Shown in pieces: positions 44,045 to 54,907 of a DNA stretch of 64,000 nucleotides. The notes below the pieces were generated by a model. It did not search any database, was not told the origin of the DNA, and saw only the letters and a list, made by a program, of their open reading frames with translations. The stretch's first letter is position 1, and every line of letters starts with the position of its first letter. The position numbers were made by a program, and so were the translations under genes. Where the stretch lies: the NCBI GenBank assembly GCA_963796275.1, contig CAWCKY010000003.1, positions 736,001 through 800,000 on the forward strand, written 5' to 3'. The DNA is from an uncultured Acidobacteriota bacterium (lineage in GTDB: Bacteria; Acidobacteriota; Blastocatellia; RBC074).

Positions 44045-44305
44045 TCATTTCCGTATCATTCTCGTTCTCTTATCTATCACGATGAGTCGCGTCTTGATGA
44101 GCATGTCTAACGCCTCCTGAAAAAGCTCTGCTTGATCACAGGGAGTTCCCCTAAACTGTTGCTCTGCCAGCTGGATCATCGCGAGTGCGCAGGCCTGGTC
44201 TTCCCGAATGTAGGTTGTGACCTCAACCAGGAGTGGTGAATCCGTTTGTGCGAGTTGAACGATCCACTCGTCATCATTTTCCTTATTCTCCTTATTCTCC
44301 TTCAT
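44045..44305 (-). CDS. Small hypothetical protein, possibly ribbon-helix-helix
   Basis: ORF with a VTTYIREDQ...AELFQEALDMLI pattern; ENK nonamer repeat at the N-terminus. Confidence 0.5.
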   Translation of the reverse strand: MKENKENKENDDEWIVQLAQTDSPLLVEVTTYIREDQACALAMIQLAEQQFRGTPCDQAELFQEALDMLIKTRLIVIDKRTRMIRK

Positions 44306-44507
44306 TGGAGCCCCCTGACCAGTGAAGATGAAGAGAGGAAAAGTGCTCTTTCCATTCGTTTCCCCGTCGTTTCATTTTGTGTTTTCATGGCCGCTGCCCC
44401 TGCGAAATGACCGACGAATCTATGTTAGCATCATTTTCGGTCAGACCTCGTATAAAAATAGAGTTTATCTCATCCTTGCATAAAAAATGTGCAGCAAGGG
44501 CGTGCAG

Positions 44508-44535
44508 TTGACAATAAGAAACTTAAACAGATAAT
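44508..44535 (+). promoter_or_regulatory. Putative sigma70 promoter for acyP-apt
   Basis: TTGACA-N16-GATAAT about 22 nt before the acyP ATG. Confidence 0.5.
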
Positions 44536-44557
44536 CGTTACGAGATTTTCCTTACAT

Positions 44558-44830
44558 ATGGTTGCGAGGCAGTTTCTCATTTCAGGCATGGTCCAGGGCG
44601 TTGGCTATCGCTTCTTTGTTCTGCGGGCGGCCGCGCGCCATCAGGTGCTAGGCATTGTTCGCAACCTGCCCGATGGGCGAGTCGAGGTGTTGGCCGAAGG
44701 CGATCGCGATGCGATGGATGAATTCAAGAAAGACCTCGCGACCGGGCCAGCCATGGCAGTCGTCACAGGTATAGACGAAATCGATTTGCAGGTAACCGCC
44801 CGTTACCGCGATTTCCATGTTGATCACTGA
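44558..44830 (+). CDS. acyP: Acylphosphatase
   Basis: GMVQGVGYR and VRNLPDGRVEV. Confidence 0.93.
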   Translation: MVARQFLISGMVQGVGYRFFVLRAAARHQVLGIVRNLPDGRVEVLAEGDRDAMDEFKKDLATGPAMAVVTGIDEIDLQVTARYRDFHVDH

Positions 44831-44871
44831 ATCTCGAATGAGTCCGAATTCAAGGAGACGAAGATAAGAAG

Positions 44872-45417
44872 ATGTCTGCTATTGAAACGTCAGATCTACA
44901 ATCGCTGAAGAAGCTGATCCGAGAAATTCCCGATTTTCCTAAACCGGGAATTCTCTTTTACGACATCACGACCCTGTTGAAAAATGCAAATGGGCTACGA
45001 TCAGTCATCGATCACATCACGGAGAAATTTCGTGATAAGAATGTCGATACGGTGATCGGAATTGAGGCACGCGGTTTTATTTTCGGCCCCGCGATCGCAT
45101 ATCACCTGGGAGCCGGGTTTGTTCCGGTTCGGAAACCGAAGAAGTTGCCATCGGATGTCGAAAGTTACAGCTACGATCTGGAATATGGTAAAGACACGCT
45201 CGAAATACATCGCGATGCGGTCGGCAAGGGACATAATGTCATCATCGCCGATGATTTGCTCGCGACAGGTGGGACGGCGGGAGCGGTGGTAAAGCTTGTC
45301 GAGAAACTCGGAGGCAATGTCGTCGGTTTATCGTTTGTCATCGAGCTGGAATTTTTGAATGGGCGCGAAAGGCTAGCCGGATATGATGTTTTCTCTCTGC
45401 TGAAATATCAGAGCTAG
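44872..45417 (+). CDS. apt: Adenine phosphoribosyltransferase
   Basis: [31 protein letters not shown] and DDLLATGGT. Confidence 0.96.
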   Translation: MSAIETSDLQSLKKLIREIPDFPKPGILFYDITTLLKNANGLRSVIDHITEKFRDKNVDTVIGIEARGFIFGPAIAYHLGAGFVPVRKPKKLPSDVESYSYDLEYGKDTLEIHRDAVGKGHNVIIADDLLATGGTAGAVVKLVEKLGGNVVGLSFVIELEFLNGRERLAGYDVFSLLKYQS

Positions 45418-45477
45418 CTAGACTATGGCCGCCAGTGCTGATAAAGTTGCGATATGCCTTCGTTTTATATTTGTAGT

Positions 45478-45552
<75 letters not shown>

Positions 45553-46047
45553 TTTTCCCGCACCTCAGCTTATTTCCTCAAATTTAACCGCATACTTACC
45601 TGCCGAATTCTTCATATCCCTCGATATGTTACACGATGTTACTTCAGGCAGTATTCATTCAACTCTACATGTACTGTCAGGTAAATCATTATCGCTACCT
45701 CATTATTAGTAAGTAGTTTTTATTACTAAGACTCGTACTTATCCTAATTACACAATAAGAGATGAATTTGATATTTGTAATATAGTAGTTACTTTAGCTT
45801 GGCGCATTATGAAAAGCCGATTCACGATGAAAGCCGATTCACGGAAAAAGGATCAAAAAGATAAAACAAGAAGAAAGAAGGTAAAAAGAAATTCCAAATT
45901 GCGACAGATATTGTGCCCTTCCTCACAGTTGGAGTTGTTAAGTGGGCTTAACGCCGCTCGTATTTTACCGAAGAGATTGAGGAAAAAAGAGAGAATATGG
46001 CTGCGTGAAAGCAATGAAGCGGTCAAACTTAATGGAGGGTAAAGCAT

Positions 46048-47316
46048 ATGACCACTAATCTTATTAGCCAGTTATCAAGAGAGTTTGGTGGGGATGCCAT
46101 AAACAAGATTGCCGGAGCCCTTGGTGAAGACAGCAGCCGAACGCAGGCTGCAATGGATGGAACATTGCAGGCGCTAGTTGGTGGTCTTGTCAACAAAGGT
46201 GCGACCAGAGATGGAGCCTCCGACCTCCTCGATCTCCTTAAAAGAAATAATCTTGACGGCACTCGTTTTACTAATGTGGCAAGCGCGATCTCGGGACCCG
46301 ATGGAATTTCGCGCATGGTCGAAACCGGTGGCCCGCTACTGAACTCGGTCCTCGGATCGCGTGCCAATTCAGTGATCGATTGGGTAACTTCGCTGGGAGG
46401 AATCAAGAAATCATCAGCCACGTCTCTATTGAGTCTGGCGTTGCCGGTTGTCCTGGGACAGATCGGAAGGTTAGTGAGCAGCGGTGGGTGGAATGTATCG
46501 AGTTTGATGAATCTATTGAACGACCAGAAGAATTATCTCAGGAATATGCCGACCGGATTGACGAACGCGCTCGGATATGGAGGGACAGAGTGGACCGGGG
46601 ATCGTGAGCGTGAACGGCGGGCAGCCCCCTCATATGTAAGCGAACCGATTCGCCGAGAGCGTGAAGGGACGGCTTGGTGGAAGTGGGCGCTGCCTCTGCT
46701 GGCTTTGCTGGCGCTGGGTTGGCTTTTGAGTCGCCTTTTCACCGGAAGAGAACGGCAGGTCCAAACCAATATTGCAGTTCCGACGGCGACCGCTACTCTG
46801 AGGGCCGAAGCGACAGCGACCATTGCACCGACGGGGGCTCCGGGCCGGCCTGAACTCGGTGCATTTATCGATAAGAGACTGCCCGACGGGACGATGCTGA
46901 GAATTCCTACGTATGGCGTAGAGAGCAAGATGCTCGTGTTCATCGAAGACCCTTCAAAGAGAGCTGACCAGGTAACCTGGTTCAGCTTCGATCGCCTGGA
47001 GTTCGAAACAGATTCAGCGACACTCAGGCCATCTTCGATGGAACAACTGCGAAATATCGCCGAGATAATGAAGGCATATCCAAATGTGACCGTGAAGATT
47101 GGCGGATATACGGATAACGTCGGAGACGACGCTTATAACATAAAGCTATCGCAGGAGCGGGCGAATAGAACGATGAATGAGATAGCTAGGCTGGGTATAA
47201 ATCCGTCGCGTGTGACGGCAGAAGGATACGGTGAGCAGCATCCGGTGGCGGACAATGCAACGGAGGAAGGACGTCAACGCAACAGGAGGATAGATATCCT
47301 TATAACCAAGAAATAG
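46048..47316 (+). CDS. DUF937-like N-terminal domain plus TM and OmpA-like peptidoglycan-binding domain
   Basis: Gly/Leu-rich helical N-terminus, WWKWALPLLALL TM, GYTDN..LSQERA and GRQRNRRIDI. Confidence 0.88.
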   Translation: MTTNLISQLSREFGGDAINKIAGALGEDSSRTQAAMDGTLQALVGGLVNKGATRDGASDLLDLLKRNNLDGTRFTNVASAISGPDGISRMVETGGPLLNSVLGSRANSVIDWVTSLGGIKKSSATSLLSLALPVVLGQIGRLVSSGGWNVSSLMNLLNDQKNYLRNMPTGLTNALGYGGTEWTGDRERERRAAPSYVSEPIRREREGTAWWKWALPLLALLALGWLLSRLFTGRERQVQTNIAVPTATATLRAEATATIAPTGAPGRPELGAFIDKRLPDGTMLRIPTYGVESKMLVFIEDPSKRADQVTWFSFDRLEFETDSATLRPSSMEQLRNIAEIMKAYPNVTVKIGGYTDNVGDDAYNIKLSQERANRTMNEIARLGINPSRVTAEGYGEQHPVADNATEEGRQRNRRIDILITKK

Positions 47317-47397
47317 GAGATTGCGGTGTGCAAGGAGTGCGGATTGCGGAGTTTTCTTCATTAACCGGCACTACCGCCAGCACAACTGCAATAAAAG

Positions 47398-47584
47398 ATT
47401 AGCCGGTGATTCAGCTACGTGACAGTAGTTTTGTTGGGGAAAGTACTGTCAAAGCGGTGCTTTGTAACCAAGGGAGGCCAAGACCATTTGGGATTTATAG
47501 GAGTAATGGTTTTGGTGGTTCAGGCACTAGTTCGAAATGTAAGGAGGAGCATTTCGAGCAATGGTAGTTGAATCACCGGCTAAT
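47398..47584 (+). ncRNA. Candidate structured RNA (four-way junction with GGA-rich loops)
   Basis: 21-bp closing stem plus three hairpins; several stem substitutions are G:U on the + strand; no family recognised. Confidence 0.5.
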
Positions 47585-47641
47585 GCTTACGACCGGGGCG
47601 CACGCCCCTGTCCATACGTAACAGACGTAACAGGAGAAATT

Positions 47642-48397
47642 ATGTTTCTGAGAAAGTACCAGATTATTTCAGTTATCATCTGCCTGGTTTCAGCATTGAG
47701 TCTTTCCGCGTTAGCAGATATGCAACAGGAGACCAAGGAGACCAAGCAACCGAAGGAATCGAAGGATACGAAGGAAGGAGCAGATCAGTCGCAAAAAGCC
47801 GCCACGGTATTTAAGGAAATTATGAGCGCACCGGATAAAGCGATCCCACAGAAGGTGTTGAACGGCGCCGAGTGTATCGCTGTCTTTCCGCAGGTGATCA
47901 AAGGTGGCTTTATTGTCGGCGGCCGCGGTGGCCGCGGTGTGGCCAGCTGTCGCACCGCCGGGGGGAGCTGGAGTGCACCTGCATACTTCGGCATGAAGGG
48001 CGGCAGCTTTGGGCTTCAGATTGGCGCAGAGGCGACCGATTTCGTGCTCTTGTTTATGAATGATACCGCGATGCAGAGTTTGCTCAAGAGCAAGGTCACA
48101 CTTGGAGGCGAAGCATCGGTGGCAGCCGGTCCAGTCGGACGCGAAGCCGGCGCCGAGACCGACGCGGCGATGAACGCGCAGGTTCTCTCCTATTCGCGGA
48201 GCAAAGGGGTCTTCGGCGGTCTCGAGCTTAAAGGGACTACGATCACAGCTGAGAAGAAAGTGATTTCTGAATCATACGGTCAAGGGATGACTGCGGAACA
48301 AGTGCTGAAGATGGATAAAAGCAAGGCGCCATCCGATGTCCAGACTTATCCGGATACCCTGACAAGTTACTCTGCAACGAAATCAGCAAAGAAATAG
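47642..48397 (+). CDS. Secreted lipid-binding SYLF (Ysc84) domain protein
   Basis: Signal peptide; KGGFIVGGRGGRG, WSAP, GGSFGLQIG, AAGPVGR and YSRSKG; CAGGAG RBS. Confidence 0.92.
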   Translation: MFLRKYQIISVIICLVSALSLSALADMQQETKETKQPKESKDTKEGADQSQKAATVFKEIMSAPDKAIPQKVLNGAECIAVFPQVIKGGFIVGGRGGRGVASCRTAGGSWSAPAYFGMKGGSFGLQIGAEATDFVLLFMNDTAMQSLLKSKVTLGGEASVAAGPVGREAGAETDAAMNAQVLSYSRSKGVFGGLELKGTTITAEKKVISESYGQGMTAEQVLKMDKSKAPSDVQTYPDTLTSYSATKSAKK

Positions 48398-48430
48398 AGA
48401 ACGAGTATTTGTTTGTATACCCCCGTCGAT

Positions 48431-48490
48431 GCTCGGTGCCCTTAGGTGCCCTTAGGTGCCCCGTTGCCCTCAGTTTGCCCCGTAGCCTTT
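48431..48490. repeat. Degenerate ~10-nt tandem repeat (CTTAGGTGCC)
   Basis: gctcggtgcc cttaggtgcc cttaggtgcc plus decayed copies. Confidence 0.7.
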
Positions 48491-48787
48491 GTGATATAGA
48501 ACGCGGATATGGCCAGAGCGGTCGGTCAATGAGAGATTGGACCAGGAAGGTGAGGTAAGCGATACCGATATTCTGCTCAATTCTCGTTCTATATCACCTA
48601 GGGATTAATGCAAATCAACATTGACATTAATTTACCCAAGAACTCAATTGGGTTTACACACCTCAGCTGACAATATAGAATCCGCTCACCCTCTTAATTA
48701 CCCTTTCTTATTTCAGGCTTGTTGATTCTGGTCAACGTGTCTTTACCCCCACTCGCAAAGTTCTATCTGCGAAAAAAGGAGGTCGGT

Positions 48788-49120
48788 GTGAATAAAACGA
48801 CAATTTTTACTCACATAGGGCGAATCTTCATTGTCGTAATGATTATGACAACTGTCATGCCGAGTTTCGCCATGGCAAACGGCTGGCGCGGCCGCGGCCG
48901 AGACAGGAAGTTCGGTAGGTTTATCAATCGCCATGACGGGCGCCATGGCCGATTCGATGACAGAGGCCCGAGAGGGGACCGGAGGTACGACAGGTGGTAC
49001 CGCGGCGATCGTGGTCGTTGGGACCGAGGTCGTAACAGATGGATGGATTGGGACCGCGATCGATTTGATAGACGGCACCATCACCATGATCGGCGCTTTG
49101 ACCGGCGCAGATTCTGGTAA
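48788..49120 (+). CDS. Small secreted Arg/Asp/Gly/His-rich low-complexity protein
   Basis: AAGGAGG RBS, GTG start, signal peptide ending AMA, then a DR/RW/GR-rich tail. Confidence 0.75.
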   Translation: MNKTTIFTHIGRIFIVVMIMTTVMPSFAMANGWRGRGRDRKFGRFINRHDGRHGRFDDRGPRGDRRYDRWYRGDRGRWDRGRNRWMDWDRDRFDRRHHHHDRRFDRRRFW

Positions 49121-49214
49121 ACTGCTTTTCCCAACAATTTAGGGGCTCGTAAACGATGAAGCGCTCGGCAGCCGCGGCTCCGTCGCTTGTGGGTTTACAG
49201 CCCCTTATTGAAAT

Positions 49215-50375
49215 TCAGTTGACGAAATTTGGATGGCCTATGCTGGTTTGCCAATTCCGATTGATTACCTGCTGCGCGAATTCCCGGAGAGCCAGATAAT
49301 GATCGCTGAAAATATTTTTCTGGTCGTGAGAGAGCGATGCTGTCCCACGACAGACCTCGCTGAAAGAAATCAGGCCGTCGATCTCGAGCGCGTATTTTAA
49401 ACACGCGATCATCTTCGGCACACACGCGCCGGACTCTTCGAACTTGCAGATCGCCTCAAATCGGGAGCACAAATCCCGATACTGCTCGATCATCTCTTCA
49501 TCCCCAGCCCAACAAACGCGCCAGGCTTTCTGCCATTCGCGAGGCATGACATTGGCGGGTCCGGATACCACTCCGATCGGCGGCGTATCGTTCAAGAGAT
49601 AGTCGCGCCACCCTTCGCGGAGGCGTCCGAACAGGCCGTGGCTTGGGCGATAGAGTTCGAAAATCAACATAGCGTTCCCGATGTAAACGCCGAACTCATC
49701 CCGTTGTTTGTAATGCAGAGCCGCCTTGGTGTAATTGCCGAGCGCACGCCGCGGAGCGGATACCTTGATTCCGCGGATCCACGGCAACCGGCTGAGGTGT
49801 TTGACTATCCCCGTTCGAATATGGGGAGCGCGGCCGGGAGCGGAGATTTCGGCATTGTCGTAAAGGAATACCGGTAATTCACGCCGGGATGCCTCCAGCA
49901 GATTCGTCAGGTCGCGTTGAAAAAAACGCACAATGCCGATCTCTTCCAGGTCCTCGATCGCCAGCGGCGCGATAACCGCCGCGTCAGCGCCGAGCTGGAT
50001 TGCGGCATCGAGGTTGGACAAAACTTCAGCGCGCGTACTGCCATTGATTCCGACCCAGGCTTCAACTTTTGATTGCGGACTGCGAGTCGCTGCTGATCCG
50101 GCTTGCTGGCTAAAGGCGGAGGGTTCACGAGAGACGAGTTCTTCATTGATGCGACGCACTTCATCAACTTCGATCTCCATGACTCGTTGGCGTTGTGAAT
50201 TGGAAAGGCGATTCCATTCACCAGTCGTCCCAACGCCGAAGACTATATCGGCGCCGCAACCGTCTTGGATGATGTGACGCAGGACGCGCCGTTGCTCCTT
50301 TTCGTTAACACGCCCTGTTTCATCCAGAACGGTGATAACGGGAATATTCAGCCCTCGTTTCAAGGTGTAAATCAT
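49215..50375 (-). CDS. Dihydrodipicolinate synthase family (class I aldolase-like) protein, divergent
   Basis: [19 protein letters not shown] and GIKVS (Schiff-base Lys). Confidence 0.8.
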   Translation of the reverse strand: MIYTLKRGLNIPVITVLDETGRVNEKEQRRVLRHIIQDGCGADIVFGVGTTGEWNRLSNSQRQRVMEIEVDEVRRINEELVSREPSAFSQQAGSAATRSPQSKVEAWVGINGSTRAEVLSNLDAAIQLGADAAVIAPLAIEDLEEIGIVRFFQRDLTNLLEASRRELPVFLYDNAEISAPGRAPHIRTGIVKHLSRLPWIRGIKVSAPRRALGNYTKAALHYKQRDEFGVYIGNAMLIFELYRPSHGLFGRLREGWRDYLLNDTPPIGVVSGPANVMPREWQKAWRVCWAGDEEMIEQYRDLCSRFEAICKFEESGACVPKMIACLKYALEIDGLISFSEVCRGTASLSHDQKNIFSDHYLALREFAQQVINRNWQTSIGHPNFVN

Positions 50376-50379
50376 GTTT

Positions 50380-51831
50380 TTACCTTCTTCTCCACAATAC
50401 ACATACAAAAAATCCTTCCGTCCCATGCCGGTGAGAAAAAGTTCGAGCTCCGAATGAAGACGTCAACAAAGTCACGGGGTCGAGACCCAGTCCCGTCAAA
50501 CGTTCGCGCGTAAGATCGCGAAACTCAGGATGATTTTGACGGAACCGCGCGATAACATCTTCGCCCTCCTCCACCTCGGTCGAGCAGACAGAATAAGTGA
50601 GCAGACCGCCAGGACGCACTTGTCCGGCTGCATTTGTGATCAACCTATCCTGCAGGGCGGCCAGCTCGCGTATTTTTTCGATGCTCATACGCCATTTGAT
50701 CTCGGGATTTCGTTGAAGAGTTCCCAACCCGGAACACGGAGCATCGACCAGGACCGTATCGAATGAACCTGGTCGCGGAAATGGCAGCTCGCCTGCGGCA
50801 TCGAGTTGCACAGGATTTATCCTCGTCTTCCCAAGTTTTGATGCAAGCTCTTTCATCGTCCGCAGGCGATGCAGATGGAGGTCTCCCGCAACGATCAAAG
50901 AGTTTGCGGGTAGGAGGGAGGCGAGGAGCGTAGTTTTGTTTCCCGGAGCGGCGCAGAGATCGATGAGGCGAATGCGATTTGTGGATATGGACGATTGGGC
51001 GACAGTGCGGCTGGGTGAATTTTTTTCATCGCCACCTTCCCCGGTCGCACCGTCCCCATGTCGCAAATCCGCGCTCAGATGCGCGACAAGCTGAGAGGCT
51101 TCGTCTTGCAGGTAAATCCAACCGTCACGTACGGGGTCTGGCGCGAGACTTCCGGATTCGATGATTTCGGCTCCCGGCGTCAGTTCGGATTTACGAGTTT
51201 TGATCCCGTGGTCATCGAGCCAGGCGCGCGTCGCTTCCTCGGATAAGGATTCCGTGTTGAACCGGAACGCAGTGCGCGGCGCATAGTTATGCGACAGCGC
51301 AAGCGCGCGGGTTTCATCCTCGCCGAAGCGATCGATCCATCGCCGGATAAGCCAAGATGGATGCGACGTCTCAATCGCCATTCTTGCAAGAGGGTCATTG
51401 ATCGGAAAAATTAGGTCCGGGTTCCTCTGCGCCGCTCGCAGCACGGCATTGACGAGCGGGGCTGCGCTGGCCTTCTTGTCCTCCTTGACCAGATTGACCG
51501 ATTCGTTGATTGCCGCGTGAGGTGGGATACGCGAGAGATTTCGCAGTTGATAAAGTCCCAGCCGTAAGGCTATGACGACTTCGGGGTCGAACTTGTTCAG
51601 ATCTCTTTGCGCGTAATGCTCGATGAGAAAATCGAGCTGTCCTTGCCAGCGCAAAACACCGAGTGTTAGCTCCTGAGCGAGCGCGTGGTCCTCTCGCGTC
51701 AGATCGTCATAGCGGTTGGAAGCCAGCAAATTGCCGGCGTAGGCGCCCTCACTGATAACCCGCCGGAGCACATCGAACGCCGCCCGCCGCGCAGCGGCCA
51801 CTCTGGACCTACCTCTATCCAAATCGATCAC
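50380..51831 (-). CDS. rsmB: 16S rRNA m5C967 methyltransferase
   Basis: NusB-like N-terminus, [24 protein letters not shown] and YSVCS; follows fmt. Confidence 0.95.
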   Translation of the reverse strand: MIDLDRGRSRVAAARRAAFDVLRRVISEGAYAGNLLASNRYDDLTREDHALAQELTLGVLRWQGQLDFLIEHYAQRDLNKFDPEVVIALRLGLYQLRNLSRIPPHAAINESVNLVKEDKKASAAPLVNAVLRAAQRNPDLIFPINDPLARMAIETSHPSWLIRRWIDRFGEDETRALALSHNYAPRTAFRFNTESLSEEATRAWLDDHGIKTRKSELTPGAEIIESGSLAPDPVRDGWIYLQDEASQLVAHLSADLRHGDGATGEGGDEKNSPSRTVAQSSISTNRIRLIDLCAAPGNKTTLLASLLPANSLIVAGDLHLHRLRTMKELASKLGKTRINPVQLDAAGELPFPRPGSFDTVLVDAPCSGLGTLQRNPEIKWRMSIEKIRELAALQDRLITNAAGQVRPGGLLTYSVCSTEVEEGEDVIARFRQNHPEFRDLTRERLTGLGLDPVTLLTSSFGARTFSHRHGTEGFFVCVLWRRR

Positions 51832-52762
51832 CTCTGCTGAGCTTAACTCCGTTGAGGAAATCGCGGGCCGACATGGCGCGCTTTCCTTCAGGCTGAACCT
51901 CAGTAATGCGCAATCTTGTCCCCTCGCTGCAAGTTACAACAAAGCTCTCCTTCGTGACTTCGCACACAACGCCGGGTTCAATTGGCGGCAAAGATGCGCC
52001 TGCGGTCTCGATCTGAGCTCCGACGATCTCCAACCGCCGGCCATCAAAATATGTATAGCAACCGGGGAACGGGGTGAATCCGCGCAGCCGATCGAATATC
52101 TCCTGCGCGCCGGTCTCCCAGTTCACCTGGCCGTCTTCACGCTTGAGGATTGGGGCCAGGGTCGCTTCATCATCGTTTTGCCGGCTCGGGGTTATTTCGC
52201 CGCGCTCGAGTTTGCTCAGTGTCTCGATCAGAAGCTGAGCGCCTATCTCTGCCAAACGATGCGTCAGCGAGACGGCATTCTCGTCTCTCCCGATCTCCGT
52301 CGCGCGCAGTCCGAGGATTGCTCCTGTATCGAGTCCCGCATCCATCTGCATGATGGTGACGCCTGTCACACGTTCACCTCGCGCGATCGCCCAATTGATC
52401 GGCGCGGCGCCGCGGTATTTGGGAAGCAGAGAAGAATGAACGTTGATGCATCCGTAACGCGGCGCCGCGAGCATCCAGCCGGGCAGAATTCGACCGTAGG
52501 CCGCAATAATTCCCGCGCATGCATCTTTGAAGACCGGTTCGAAACGTTCGCGTGCCTCGGCATTCTTGATTTTTTCCGGCTGAAGAATCAGTAGCCCGTG
52601 TTGCGATGCAAAGGCTTTAACCGGAGGCGGAGTGATGGTCTGTCTGCGGCCGACTGGGCGATCCGGTTGCGTAAAGACCGCAATTATTTCGTGTTCGGCT
52701 TCGATGAGCCTGCTAAGAGAGGGAACCGCGAACTCTGGGGTTCCCATAAATACGAGTTTCAT
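51815..52762 (-). CDS. fmt: Methionyl-tRNA formyltransferase
   Basis: [30 protein letters not shown] and LDTG. Confidence 0.97.
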   Translation of the reverse strand: MKLVFMGTPEFAVPSLSRLIEAEHEIIAVFTQPDRPVGRRQTITPPPVKAFASQHGLLILQPEKIKNAEARERFEPVFKDACAGIIAAYGRILPGWMLAAPRYGCINVHSSLLPKYRGAAPINWAIARGERVTGVTIMQMDAGLDTGAILGLRATEIGRDENAVSLTHRLAEIGAQLLIETLSKLERGEITPSRQNDDEATLAPILKREDGQVNWETGAQEIFDRLRGFTPFPGCYTYFDGRRLEIVGAQIETAGASLPPIEPGVVCEVTKESFVVTCSEGTRLRITEVQPEGKRAMSARDFLNGVKLSRGDRFG

Positions 52763-53001
52763 AATTTACCCTTGATGTTAAGTAGGGTGTCATATGGTTG
52801 ATTTACTTGCAAGATTTGTTTGATTCGGGATGGAATGGCTGTGGAGAAATAGTCGTGAGCGATTTATATTGCGGTTCGATAAGGATGCGTCGGGTCAAAC
52901 ACGGGGTTATAAGCCGAAAGCGCAAGGGCTTCTGTGGCCCACCAGATCAAAGAGAAGTAGACCAGATCAGTTTCTTCATAAACCTGTCCTCGCTGTCGAC
53001 T

Positions 53002-53229
53002 TCAAGATTTCGCGCGGCGTTTCACGCCGGTCAGGATAACGAGCGATTTCGGGTCATAATTTCGCCCCGTCTTTTTTGCCGCGGTTTCAAGTCGATCACG
53101 AATGGCGTCTATCCCCGGTCCCTCTTTGAGGGCGTTCTGCCAGTCCTTGCATTTATCCCGGAATTTGCATATCCAGTAGCAGACCTCGACAGCTTTTTGA
53201 CATCCGAATCGCGTACATTCGATCTGCAT
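53002..53229 (-). CDS. Small Cys-rich hypothetical protein (75 aa)
   Basis: AAGGAG RBS before MQIECTRFGCQKAVEVCYWICKFRDKC. Confidence 0.65.
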   Translation of the reverse strand: MQIECTRFGCQKAVEVCYWICKFRDKCKDWQNALKEGPGIDAIRDRLETAAKKTGRNYDPKSLVILTGVKRRAKS

Positions 53230-53417
53230 AAAAATCTCCTTTTTTATGTCACTGCTGATTGGCGCGTATGGTTTATGGCATTCGATCATCTACAATTCGC
53301 CAACTCCGAAGGTGCGACATCCCTCCAGTATCAGCTGCCGTTTCTTCGGAGCTGGAGATTTAAATCATCACCAAAGCTATAAACAACTACTACAAAATGA
53401 AGCTGAATTACGAATTG

Positions 53418-53600
53418 CATATGAAAACTGGCCACAGAAGCACAGAGAGAGGGAGAAATGGAGATTGCCGCCTGACATGATCAATTTTCCTTTTCTCCGT
53501 TCATCTGTGCCTCTACGACCAGTTTTCATATGTTTAACGCAAATGAGCAAAGACCAGTGTAAAAGATATATATTCTCCTTGAGTCTTTGCGTCTTTGCGT
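53418..53600. repeat. Two adjacent palindromic octamer-type repeat elements
   Basis: CATATGAAAACTGG/CCAGTTTTCATATG IR (53418-53532) with CACAGA/TCTGTG core, then ACGCAAA..GCAAAGAC/GTCTTTGCGTCTTTGCGT. Confidence 0.75.
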
Positions 53601-53626
53601 CAAATCGAAATTAAAGGCGCATGGAG

Positions 53627-54139
53627 TTAGAATGGAATGTCGTCCTCTTCTATGCTCACGAGCTCCTTGCCAGCCATCTCTCGGTTAGGCGTGCGTCGGG
53701 GTTTTCCCGATGATCTGCCCGGCTTCTCGTCTTCCATTCTTAAAATAGGTTCTTCGGCCTGATTGCTCTGCTCGGCTGCCTTTCCATTCTGGCTCGGTAC
53801 CGCCGCATCGCCGCGCTGACCTAGGAATTGAATGTCCGTGGCGTTGACCTCGGGGCTGATTCGCTGACTCCCTTCACGGTTGGTATACTCTTCCAAACGC
53901 AATCGCCCTTCGATATATACCTGGCGCCCTCTTGATAGATACTCATTGGCCAGTTCAGCCTGACGCCCCCAGACCGTTATGCGAAACCACGTCGTATGAT
54001 CCTCAGGCTCGCCGGCCACATTTTTTCTTCTCTCCGTCGTCGCTACGCTTAACTTGCAGACCGCGGTCCCTTGCGGCGTGTAACGCAACTCCGGATCCCG
54101 ACCGAGATACCCGACGATCATGACCTTATTGAATGACAT
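53627..54139 (-). CDS. ssb: Single-stranded DNA-binding protein
   Basis: NKVMIVGYLGRDPELRYT, VYIEGRL and C-terminal DDIPF. Confidence 0.96.
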   Translation of the reverse strand: MSFNKVMIVGYLGRDPELRYTPQGTAVCKLSVATTERRKNVAGEPEDHTTWFRITVWGRQAELANEYLSRGRQVYIEGRLRLEEYTNREGSQRISPEVNATDIQFLGQRGDAAVPSQNGKAAEQSNQAEEPILRMEDEKPGRSSGKPRRTPNREMAGKELVSIEEDDIPF

Positions 54140-54335
54140 TTTTTTACCCCCCTCCCCTCTGTGACTATTGACCTCAACAACATCCTGATTCTAGCGGGAT
54201 ATTATCCGTGTGTCAAGTATGAAACGCTTGATTTGTTGGTGAAACGCGAAAAATTGGGAGGGATGTCAAAAAAGTGCAGGGTATGGCAGCGCCCGTAGCA
54301 CGCATTAAGTATGTAATATATTGGAGGCTCTCAGG

Positions 54336-54842
<507 letters not shown>

Positions 54843-54907
54843 TTCCTCTTTGTAACTCCTCTTCTCAAATTGCTATGCCTCGTTCCCTGATCGAAACGCT
54901 CATCTCT

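Noticed and set aside
45809-46042. 77-aa Lys-rich ORF
   Set aside because: A-rich low-complexity sequence with no clear RBS or motif; coding status unsupported
47398-47584. 6S RNA, SRP RNA or known riboswitch identity for the structured element
   Set aside because: The multibranch layout lacks the 6S central bubble and I recognised no SRP or riboswitch consensus; an Rfam search is still needed
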